64,000 nucleotides of DNA, taken from NCBI RefSeq assembly GCF_040938485.1, contig NW_027271750.1, forward strand, positions 186,001 through 250,000. Reading direction: 5' to 3'. The notes beneath the pieces are model-generated. The model searched no databases, had not been told where the DNA came from, and worked only from the letters and a program-made list of their open reading frames with translations. The DNA is from Diadema antillarum (taxonomy: Eukaryota). Below, one piece after another: positions 11,001 to 23,000 of this stretch (position 1 is the first letter of the stretch; every line of letters begins with the position of its first letter). Position numbers and translations under genes: made by a program.

Positions 11001-14000
11001 ATTGTATATAGCTGCTGTCCAAGCTGCCGTCCCAGTGCACTGGCAGCTAGGCAGGTAGCGCACCCCGCAACGGTGGTGTAATCTGTGCTAGCCTGTGCAA
11101 AATTGTCGTCCCTTCTTCACAAAAATAAAGTATATCTTTATGTTAGTTCTGTTGGGAATATTGTAGGTAAATCCTGTGAGTTTTGTAGAAATTTTAATGG
11201 AGTTTAAAGTCACTGTTTTTTCTCAATTTTTGGATGAAAAAAAAAAGTCCTTCACTGCGTGAACGCATCCAGATAATAGAGATTTCCGGATAAAAGGAGG
11301 CAGGATAATCAAGGTCGAACTGTATTTGATATTGTATGTTGGCCCAAAAGCTCTGACTGGTCCAGATTTTTCTCATTGGAGAGGCAGCGAACGTTGACCG
11401 ACTGGGCGAGGGCCAGATGGACAGCCTGTGCAGTTCTGTGTGGTTGATGCTGCACAAGCTACATAGGGGCAATTCCGCAGTTAGGTGGACATGACATGGA
11501 TAAAAGAAATGTGCCTCTTTATCTTACTCTTTAATTTAGGTACCAACTAATGCCATGGGTGTTCACCAATCATTAAGGTCTTTCAAATTCAGTACATTTT
11601 ATTTTTCGTATTTATTGATTTCGCGAGATCTAAAACCATCATTTAAAATGTACATGTGGGACTGGGGATGCTGAAATTCACTTAAATGCAAATTACAGTG
11701 GGTTCCTTTGAAATTTTTTCCTCAAAGTTTTGCTAATGGGTAAAAGATGAATACATTTGAATACTCCAGAAGTCATGTGACATTTTGTCAATTACAAAAG
11801 GGTGAAATGACCTGCGGAATTACTCCGGACAAATGTAACGTTACTAACCGTAACGTTACTAACCATGCTTTTGGGGTCTGGCTAAAAAATAATTGGTCGA
11901 ACTGCTAAAAAAATTTGTGTGAACATTTGTCATGATGCAATAATTAAAATTAATGCAACACTTTGTTTGAAGTGACTTGAATTTTTGCACACTTTTTGTT
12001 ACAAGACATTGATTTTTTTGTCATGTCCTTTTTTTCGTAACGTTACTGACCTGCCCTTTAAGTTGCCATAGCAATTCTAATATTTCATGGATTGTATTCA
12101 TTCTTTTCTGTATCATAAACCTGGGAAGGATGAACATGTTTTTGACATAATTTTGACTTGAAATGAATAAATGGTAATTTAGTAGTAAAAATAAATATCT
12201 GAATTTGTTCAAATGTAACGTTACTAACCGCGGAATTGCCCATAGGGAGGAAGAATAAATCTGACAGTAAAGTGGTCAGTTTCATGCACATTTTTTGAAG
12301 AAACACATGATGTCTGTGTGTGTACATTTCTATTTGAGTGGGGTTGTGGATGTATGGAAATGCAACTGATCTTTGAATATGATTGGTCAAGTATGGGCTT
12401 GTGATCTCACTTTATCTGTATAGAGCCAGGTTTTGACAACTTTGGCATCAAGCACGAGGGAGGCCCAATGGTGATCAAGTCTATTTGTTAACATCACAGG
12501 TAATTGAAACCGAATCAAAACAAAATACAGAAACTGGGAATAAGTACAATGTGTGAGAATCATTACATAAATGACCTGGACTTCTGAGAAGCACTTTAAA
12601 GCCTTTGATAAGGTCTATAAACAAAGAGCACTAAGCAAGGGTATGCAAGAGATTGCAGTTTTAACACTAGACATATATCATCCAATTACATGTACACAGT
12701 GACACGTACACAGAGAGGTTACATGTACTGTTGGAATAAGAGTACATAACTTGCAGGTCATGATAGGTCAGAGATAGGAGGAGTTAGCGAGAAGATAGAG
12801 CTGAAATGGAACAATGGAAGTTCACAAATCCCCTTTCAGTTTGATTGTATACATGTAGATTTCATTTATGTACATGTTTATTCATTGATTTAATATTTTT
12901 CATCCAGTATTCATCAGTCATTCGAATTTATGAGGCCAGTGTATTGTAAAACATCACAAGTACCCATGGTAATTGGACAGATGAGGATTTCATGTATTAA
13001 AAAATGCAATATCATTTTTTTTTTTTGTTCCAGTATTTACATAAGAATTTAAGGAGAACACATCAAAATTCCACAGAAAGTTTCATGCTGTTAATGCGAT
13101 TGTGTCACACCTTACAATGTGTTGAGAATAGGACTAAAAAAGTGACAGATTGGATTAGCCTGCTTCTTCATGAACAGTAGAGTAATTTGGGTAGTTCTTT
13201 AATTTTTCTAGAGTTCAAATTGCCCTTGTCCTAGAAACTGGCTTAAAGATTTGATTTATATTTGAACTGAAATATTTCCTGTATTAGAGACTCTGAGGAG
13301 TAACCATCTTAAAAAGTTGTTAAAGGGCAAGTTCACCTTCATAAACATAAGGATTGAGAAAATGCAACAATAAAAGTAGAGCACATCAGTGAAAGTTTGA
13401 GGAAAATTGGACAATCGATGCAAAAGTTATGAATTTTTTAAATTTTTGTGTTGGAACCGCTGGATGAGGAGACTACTACAGCTTGTGAGTCATATGCGTA
13501 CAACAGTATAAAGAAAATGTAAAAGAAAATTTAACATATTTTCACTTTTTTCGCATAATAAAAGAGCACTTGACTTGCCTCTTTCTAAAGGCAGGGGGAA
13601 TAATATTACCCATAACATTTGTCGGTAACGAGGGAGGGGAATGTGTACTTTTTTCAAAAGATGGAATTTTGTGAAATTCTATTTATATTTTCCTTATATT
13701 GTTGTACGCATGTGACATCTAAGTTATTCATACACTTCAGTAGTCTTCTCATCCAGCGGGTACTGCACAAAAACTTCAAAAATTCATAACTTTTGAACGG
13801 ATTGTCTGATTTTCCTCAAACTTTCAATGATGTGTTCTACTAATATTGCTACATTCTCTCAATCCTTATGTTTATGAAGGTGAACTTGTCCTTTAAAAAG
13901 TTGTTAACTTCTGCACATGCACCACAGAGACAAGGCAAAATGCAGCCAAGTGTACAATGTAATAGATGCTGCTTGAGTGTCTTATGCCAGGGCTGCTTTA

Positions 14001-17000
14001 ATAAACCTTACCCTGACAATGTTCAGAGAACGAATATCTCTGCCTCTGGCAGGAAAACTGCAGGAGAGAGCGGGGGTACCATTTTGGTAGACAATTTTGC
14101 AGAAGTTACTGCGACAATGTCCGAGCAGTGTTCAACTTTAAAGGGACCGTTTTAATAGGCATGGTAAAAAAAAACAGTTGCGTGGATGCTACCTGGACGT
14201 TGTTGCGGTAATAAGGCTCTGTTAAAATGGAGTGTGTGTAAAGATGCCAGTGCGGTAACAGTATTACAGAGAATTTGTAATTCAATGATGCAAAACATGT
14301 CACTTTATAAGCTATTCGTATGTATCTCAAATGCCTCAGTTGAATAATTAGACAGGAATCTATTTGCTGGTAGCATAGCAATTCGAGCGTTATTGTGACC
14401 CAGTGCCTCATGTAGGGTATAGTTTCAGAATTACAACAGGGCTGTTGATGCTTTATTATTCATTATGTTTGGCATGCAAAAAGTATACTTATATGTAGAT
14501 GTGGGGAAATGTGAATCGCAACTGCTGTATCATCACACACGAGTCACATGATCTCCTAATTTAATGTGAACTCACGCCCACCAGTTTTTTTTTGTGTGTC
14601 TTTTTTAATGTTTTTTTTAAACAACTGGCTACCACACTTCAATGCTTTCATATTACATGTACCTCAATAGAAATAAACATATTCTATAAATGGATCATCG
14701 AAACTGAATCTGGAACAAATGCACTGAAGAATACATTATACATGTAGTTCCCTGCACAGCCTTGTATTATGTAGTACAACAAAAATCTTGCCATGGGGCA
14801 TGATCTGTACACTTGCAATTTTTGGTGGTGTGGTACATGTATAAATGCAGCATTCATACTTTTGAGGGAAAGTACCCCCAGCAAGTCTCTGCCCTGCTTT
14901 GCTCTTCTGAATTAGAAATCAAATTGCTTGAGATATTACATGCAAATGTATCCAGTTTTTTATTTCTCATGCATGCAAAACAATTACTGTAAAACATGAT
15001 ATATTCGCGGCATGAAATTTTCGCAAATTGGAGCTGACAGCCTTTTTCGTGGCATGAAATTTTCGCGAAGTGCCACTGGCGTTCAGTGCATATAGTGTAA
15101 ACAAGAACTTTCGCGTGCATTTTAATTTCGCGAATCTTAGCGCTCGCGAAATTCGCGAAATTAAAGTGCACGCGAAAATTCCTCGTTTTACAGTACCTGG
15201 TAAACTCGCATTATCTATTGATGCAAGATTTATATTTCTCTGCCCAAAACATGTTTGTGATTCATCTCCTAATGTTGATACCACAAGAAATTTATTATTA
15301 CCTCCGCCAAGGGAGGAGGTTATGTTTTCGTTACTATTGGTTTGTTTGTTACACTGTTAATTAGTTTGTATGTTTGTCCGTGTGCAAAATAACTCCAAAA
15401 GTAGTGAACGGATTTTGATGAAACTTACAGGAAAGGTTGAGAATGACACAAGTAACAAAGAATTAAATTTTGGTAGTGATCCGAGAATTTTGGGGGGATT
15501 TTATGAAGGATTTTTTATATTTTGACAGGTAGAGTCAATGAACTAGGGAGTTCAAGCTGCGCATTTTGAGGTTTTCAAACGCGCACTAAAGTGCGTGCTC
15601 TAGTTTTCTGCTAGGGCGAGACGCGCGCCACGCAGCTGAAGGTTTATGACGTAACAAAGGCTTCTATACTGGGAAATCGGGCGATTTTTCAGCATGTATA
15701 CTTATGGGTGGAAATGACTGATCTCTATGGAAGAACCCAAAAAGCTTTTCTCCATTGGTGGAGAGGAGAAAAATCTCTTTGGGAAGAGCAAGACCATGGG
15801 TGGAAAGTAACTGCTTGGCGGAGGTCTGCGCTCTCAGAGTGCTTTTCTATTTTTTTTTTTTATTTTTTTTTATTTCAAACCCTTTTGTTGAGTGCCAAGT
15901 ACCACAGTTTGTCTCATGTTTGTGTCTATATCCCACAGGAATCTGTGATGTACATGTATGGCAAAGTGCTCACTGTGTACGGTACATCATTGGATCCATA
16001 TTTGGTCAAAATTGTCAAATTCATAAATCTGTGAATATGATGGAAAGAATCAAATAACTTGATTCATCAATTCTATCTGTATCTGCTTTGTTTTGTCCAG
16101 CTTCACGTCGTTCGACATTGAAGGGCAAGATGGTACAGAGTGCACAGCCGATGTTTTAACGATAACGGACAAGCAGTCCAAGGCATACTGTGGCGATTCT
16201 CTGCCTACCCCCTACATTTCAACTCTGTCGGAGAACAAGCGTCTCCGCATCAGTTTCGAGTCGGACAGTTCAAACACACGCAAAGGCTTCCAGCTAACAT
16301 ACTTTAAAGGTGAGAGTGTGTTTTCTTGTTTTATGGTGGGCTTGATCAGAAGAAAATGCTTGTTCTGAATGAAAGGAGAGTCATCAGAGCAGGCAACAAC
16401 CATCAGTGCAATTGTTTAAAGCGGCATTCCAGATAATCAGCAATCTATATAATTTCACATCAGGTAGTGCATAAATCAATAGCACCATGTACAGATTTGT
16501 GGAATTCATTGTGGTCCCTGAGCAGATAAACCAGCCCCTGTACTCTGACAAACCAAAACATAATACTGAACGAGGATGATGACCTAGGAGGTTTGCACCT
16601 TCCTGTAATACAGTGTTGTTATTCCATTACAATACAATTTGCTCAACAAGTTCATCTGTGTAGAATTTATGCATGTTTTATTTTGTGCTGTTTACTTGAG
16701 CACCCGATCATGCACTTGTGTATGGAACTGCTGTATCAGCATCATTGTGATTTGTAATGAATTTTGAAAACATTCTCTTTTTTAACTTTCACATGTTTGT
16801 ACTTAGATGCACTATATCATCTTTTAAATCTCGGTGTCAGTATGTATGATTTACAAGGATTATATTCACAACGTTGTTGTATTCATATTCCATGTCCGTT
16901 TGTACTCTTGAACCCCAAGAGGAGTCAAAAGAGTCAATGAAATTCTACAAAGTGTACAAATCAATTCTGAAATTTTGTCCCTAATGTAACAGATTTATAG

Positions 17001-20000
17001 AGTTTTGAATTCAAAAGTTTACAAATTATCTAGAGGTCTCCTTTAATAGAATGGTGGGGAGATAGACATTACAGAATGTCGTGTAATGTTAAGTATATAT
17101 GAAGTACCAGATTGTAGGTTTTTATCTTTGTGTGCTTGTGCTTATAATACTATTCATGAATGTGCTTTATTGTTATATAGTAAATAGGTAGAGTGAAATT
17201 TGCGATGCGATTGGTTGGATAGTATCACGTGATCGTGCAAAAATTTGGTATAGTGGCACGACCGTGCCACTATAACGCTTACAGTGCGTGCCTACGCTTT
17301 ATGTACGAAGAGATTCGCGCAAGGCCTAGGGAGCTAGGCGGCCAATGGACGTAGTAAGACAAGGCCAAGCATTTCAACGTCATGCGCGCGTAGAGCTCTG
17401 CCAGCAGGATGCAGAATGTAGGAGTTTATAACCGAGTCTGCTCTGTGATGTGTAATATGCATACATGGCTGTACTAGCGTCGCACGCTGTGTACAGTTTG
17501 TACGTAAACTACGGTAGGTTGCGGTTGTTAACTCTGCGTGCAACAAGTGCAGTGCCGGCGGTACGGTGAGTCTTGTTAGATCTAAATTAGGGCCTAGACC
17601 TACGGAAATACATGTAGATCGAGGGACCTATTTACTATAATAATTAGTGCATGTTCTATTGATGCACCAGTACTGGACTATAGAACTCCAAATACTAAAT
17701 TATCCCGAGTGCAGTTTTGTTTCACCGAGGCCGCATTCTGTCGTTCTCTAATCCAGTATAGCGCATCATAGAGCATGCACTATTTATATAATATGAAAGT
17801 CTGCTGCCAATTTATCTTCATTGCATGTTGTGGAAATCTTGTGCTACATGTATGAGGAGTTCAATAAGCTATGGCAGCTACCCAATGTGTATTGAATCGG
17901 CAGTCCTGTGCATATATCGGGAGAGCAGGAAGGAAAAAAAATCTTGTGTGATCACTTTTGTGCAGTTTGTGAAATGTAAAAAAAGAAAGGGGAAAACCCC
18001 TGATAGCACCCTTCACTAGCATAGTACCAGTACCATTGATGTTCTGCCGTTGATGTTTGCAAATCATGTGTTCGTACAAGGTGTTATGTGATACAAAACT
18101 CGACATTGTAGGTACACTGTACACATTATGTATCTCTATTCTTTATGTATATTTTTCAGTGTGTTACATGACACAAAGCAAATTAAAAGATGTTGTGATG
18201 CCCATTATGGCACCTTGGTGCATTTTCTCTCCATTCTTGCAACCTATAATATTTATGTTCTCATGAGGAAGTTCAAACTGCATTTTGGTTGGCCTTCACA
18301 TGCCTGGAAATTGCCATAGAATGGCAGCATCGCTTGATGCTTGGATTGAGAGGCAGTGGACTGACAGTCTTGGATGTAATTATTCAGCACACATAAGTGT
18401 CATGAAATGGTGGAAAGGCCCATCAAAAAAAAACCAAACAAACAAACAAACAAACTTTTTTTTTTCAATGTACATAAAGGCATACATTGTAAATGTCTGT
18501 TATGTTGTTTTCTTTCTGCTACTATTAAATTCCACAGGTGTCTTTCCTGCGGAATCCTGCGACATCGAAACCCAGTTCTTGTGTCGAACTATAGAGAAAT
18601 GTATCCCCCGCAAGTGGCTGTGCAATGGTCAAGATGAATGTGGTGATCGAAGTGACGAATCTGTCATGGAGTGTCATCAAGGTAGGGCATTTTTTTGTCA
18701 GTTTCAATTAATGAGTTGCCATGATTTCTATAACGGCTAATATCATAAAAATCTTAACACTTTGTTGTGCATTATATTGCTCTCTCAGTTTTAATGCAAT
18801 TTAGTTGAAATTGGGCACATGCGATCAATGTAATGTGTAATTATGCAAGACACTCTTTTTGTGAGTGTCAACTGTGTTGCCATGGCAACAGCGATCACTC
18901 ACCCCACCAGAGCCAAGGAAAGCTCTTTATTAGATAGAAGCACTTACTATTTTTTTTTAATGCAACACAACATGAAATGATGAAATTCTACAGTGTTTTG
19001 AAAGCATGATCATTTCTGTGTCTTTCCTATGCCTTTGAGGAACAAACAACAACAACAACAACAAACAGTTGTACATGTATATTGAGGACTACTGAATGTG
19101 TTTGGTTAACACATACATACCTAGATTGGTAATTAGGAAGTAGAGCACTTTGTATTAAAGGTAGGGAATACCTTTTACAGACCTCCCAAAATGCAGCAAA
19201 ACATTAAATATGAACCTCAGGGGACTTGTTTAGGCCACTGCTGAGAAATTTGGAAGTCAACAGTTATCTACAATTTGAATAATGCACAAAACTCAACTAC
19301 TCAGTAGTTCTGTGTGTCAGCCACACTTGAGCCTTTTTGTTGCAGTCTTCTGTATTTTTTATCTATAAATACAAATCTAAAAGTATAAGAGCTGATGTAA
19401 TAGCATATAGAGTGTGTGGCAAGAATGTATATAAAAATGTTTGTAAGTTTTGATGAACTTTCTTCACAAAATATACATGATGGACACACATGCAGTGCAT
19501 GGGTCTGCAAAGGTAGCCTAGTAATGTACTGGAATTTACGGTGAGCCCCGAAAAAAATTCAATTCAAAATGTAACGGTCAATAAAAATGTACTAAATGTT
19601 ACCTTCCACTTTCAGTACTTTGTGGGAGTTTCTAAAATGATACTCTCTTCAACATACCACTGTATTTATACAACTCTTCATTTAAGGCATGCAAATGGGA
19701 TTCCCTACCTTTAAAGGGCTATCAAAGTACACACTCTGTGCCTACCGGTAGATGTTATATTGTGCCCTTGAGAGAGCTTCAGGTGCTGATGTTCTTGTTC
19801 TTTTTCTAATTCCAATCTTTAGAGCCGTCACAGAGTCCAGCTACAGGCTCCACGACGGCGGCTGATTGTCCACCACATACCATGTCCTGCCTTGACCAGA
19901 CCAGGCATCACCAGTGCCTGCCCGAGGACAAGAAGTGCGACGGCAGCCAGGACTGCCTGAGCGGCAAGGACGAGCACGACTGCGAGACCGTGTGCGATCA

Positions 20001-23000
20001 CCAGCTCAGCAACGACATCGGCTTCTTCACCTCCCCGAATTTCCCGGAGTCCTATCCCAACGACCTGGAGTGCAGGTGGACCATCGTGGTCTCCGCGGGC
20101 AACATCGTTCAACTGCGCTTCGTCAGGTTCGACCTAGAGCAGGGTTACCACACTGACTATGTCTCTGTGTATGATGGCAGCTCCGACAATGCTGTGAGTG
20201 GAAAGTGTGAAATTTTGTTTCCTGATTGACTGATTTTTCAGGAAATCATTTTAGTAGACAGGAGTTTGATTCCAGTGATGTATAGCCGATGATGCAAAAC
20301 TGTTCCTATCTGAGTTTTGGGGGGTCATTTTTACGCCACAATGCTGGATTGTCAGTGCATGAATGTGAGCTGCCGCTCAATTACATCTTCCTTCCAAGTT
20401 GGTAATGCGACACTTCTCATACTGCCAGCACATCCCTGTATGTAGTGTATGTGTGTGTGTGGGGGGGGGGGGGGATGGGTGGGTGTGTATGACCACTCAA
20501 ATGATGTGCAGTATTGAGTGTGTAGCTTCTCAGGTCAACAGGTCCTCTCAGGCAGCTGCACAACATGCTATGGGAGTGTCTAACTCTTCACAATTTCAAA
20601 TCATGCCTTGTAATACACCTGATGAGAATCATGTACATTTTGTATGTGAAGACTTCATAAATTGCTCAATTATGTTTAGATTTATTGTGGTCAATTTATT
20701 CATTACATGGAAATCTGTACTTTGTTATTCCTATCAGTTTGTCAGTTTCCTGTTATCGTACATCATGAGTGGTACTCGGAAGTGGTTACTTTGAAAGTAA
20801 CCACTTCTCACCAATGAAAGTATAAACGGAAAGGGGAAAGATTAGGAAAATGTGTGCTGTGTGGGATGCATGCAGTTGGCATACTTACCTCTTGTGTGCA
20901 AACACACAAGAGATTTTGGCTGAAATGTTTGCAACTTTTTGTGTGTGTTTGAACTCTCAAAGTTTGGTTGAACCTTTTAAACAAGTGTCATATACACAGA
21001 AATTTATGAACATTATCAATCGTAAAGTTCCGAGTTGGAGTCCTGTGGCGGCAGCTGTTGTGTCCATAGGCAAGGCTTTTCTCTTCATTGCATAGTCCTG
21101 TGGAAGAGACCTGCAACTGTTGATTATGTGGTTACTTGCTTTAAAATGAACATCCGTTTTTTTCCTCAGCAGCCATTTCACCCAAATCATAAATTCATTT
21201 CAGTTCAATTTACATCAGTGTGAGACCCATGCCCTGCAGTGTAAATATCTGACTGTCCTTTCTCTTTGATACTGCAGGACCTCATTGGCACGTACTACGG
21301 TTACAAATCCAGCACTGATAGCACCAGCACACACTACCCCCCTGCTGTCATAGAGGGCACAGGCAACCGCCTTCACATTGTCTTCATCACCGACGGTTCT
21401 GCCCCTAACACAGGCTTTAATGCAACCTACCAGACCAAAGGTGAGATACGTAGTGATTGTTAGAGACATATAATGCCAAAAAAGGTAGTTGTTGATGTCT
21501 TGCTTTGTTCCTGTTTCCTTCTGTGGTTTCTGTATTTGTGTCTTTCCAATTCTGCTCGTCTTTTCTTTAGCTCTATACCTGAAGGGCGCAGGAGGCATAA
21601 TGTTTTTAGGTTGTTCATCCATCCATCCCACAGCTCGTTATTGTGATTGTGGAGAAACCACAGTTATGAATTTTGTGGTTCTCCTCCCAAATACGGTATG
21701 CTACATGAAATGTAGATGGGCTGATTGGATTTAGGGCAAAAATCCCTCAAGGTCAGAGGTCAAAGGTCACAGAACTTTGGCAAAATTAACATTTCAGCTT
21801 CCACTTCATGTAGAAATGTCCAGTAGTAGTATAATTTGGCATTAAAAGTAGAAATGAATAGGCAATTACTTCTGTAAAATTGTACTGGCGAAATGTTAAG
21901 ATCAGGGGTCACTGTACTCTTGCCAAGAAAACCTGCCATTTCCAGCCATTTTGTCAGCTAGGAATGTCCAGTAGTGATGTAAATTGGTGGATAGGGAATG
22001 AATGATTTGGTATGCACGGTCAGCTGTTTTTTAATTCCGTTGGATCAAAAAAGGAAATAGTATTTCATATTCAACAAGCAAAATATTTGTGTGCTTTTAT
22101 TTTCACGCTAGTTTCATGTGCGCAAAATGCCTTAAAGTTTACAAATTTCCGCTTTAACAGAAGTCTTGCCCAGTTGAATCCTTCGGCCTCTTCCCGTCCT
22201 CAATATGTTGTGCTTTGTTGACTTGTGATAGGTCACTGCATTGGCGAGCAGCGGCTCTGTGCAGATGATGATCTGAACTGCTATGCTCCAGACCAGCACT
22301 GTGACGGCATTCTGACCTGTCTGCGAGGGGAGGATGAGATGGGATGCAGTGAGTACCCACAGATTCTTTGTGCATTAAAGGGGCATTCCAGGCAATTTAT
22401 ATAATTTCCCATCATGTAGTACACATACGTCAATAGTGCCATGTGTAGAGTGGTGAATTTTTTTTGTGGTCCTTGAGCAGATAAGCCAGTACTCTGAAGC
22501 CCCCAAGACATTATACACTGAACAAGGATGATGACATAGGAGGCTCACCTATTCCAGAAATGCAGCAATGTAATTCCATTATGATAGTTGCGTTCAGACG
22601 GTGATCCTTAAGTTCGAGGATAGCTACAAGACTTTGAAGATAAGCTCTGGCCCCCTAAATACGACACATGATCACTGAGTACAGTGATGACGCTTGTCTT
22701 AAAAGGTAGCTATCCTGGGCTTTATTTCATAAAAAGTTGATATGAAAGCAACTCTTGCTGGAATGGCAGTTGTCATGGTAATGACAAGAATCCAGCTTCC
22801 TGATTGGCTGTTGCTATGGAAAGTTGCATTCCAGCAAGAGTTGCTATTTATGAAATGGGGCCCTAAAGGGTAGGCTCACTGCTTCCCGTAACTCTGAGTG
22901 AGTCTTACTTCTTATCAACAAGTTCTGTCCACACGATGCTTAACTATGAGTGGGAACCCCCCCCCCCCCCCCCCCCCCCGGCTCGTTGACAGAGCACTAA

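Noticed and set aside
17793-17855. [20 protein letters not shown] as an alternative signal-peptide exon downstream of the intronic island
   Set aside because: Its candidate donor is phase 0 while LRP exon 4 needs phase 1; no good acceptor.
16570-22540. Intronic C/D-box snoRNAs suggested by ATGATGA motifs
   Set aside because: The motifs lie inside Kolobok-family repeats and lack a paired D box and terminal stem.
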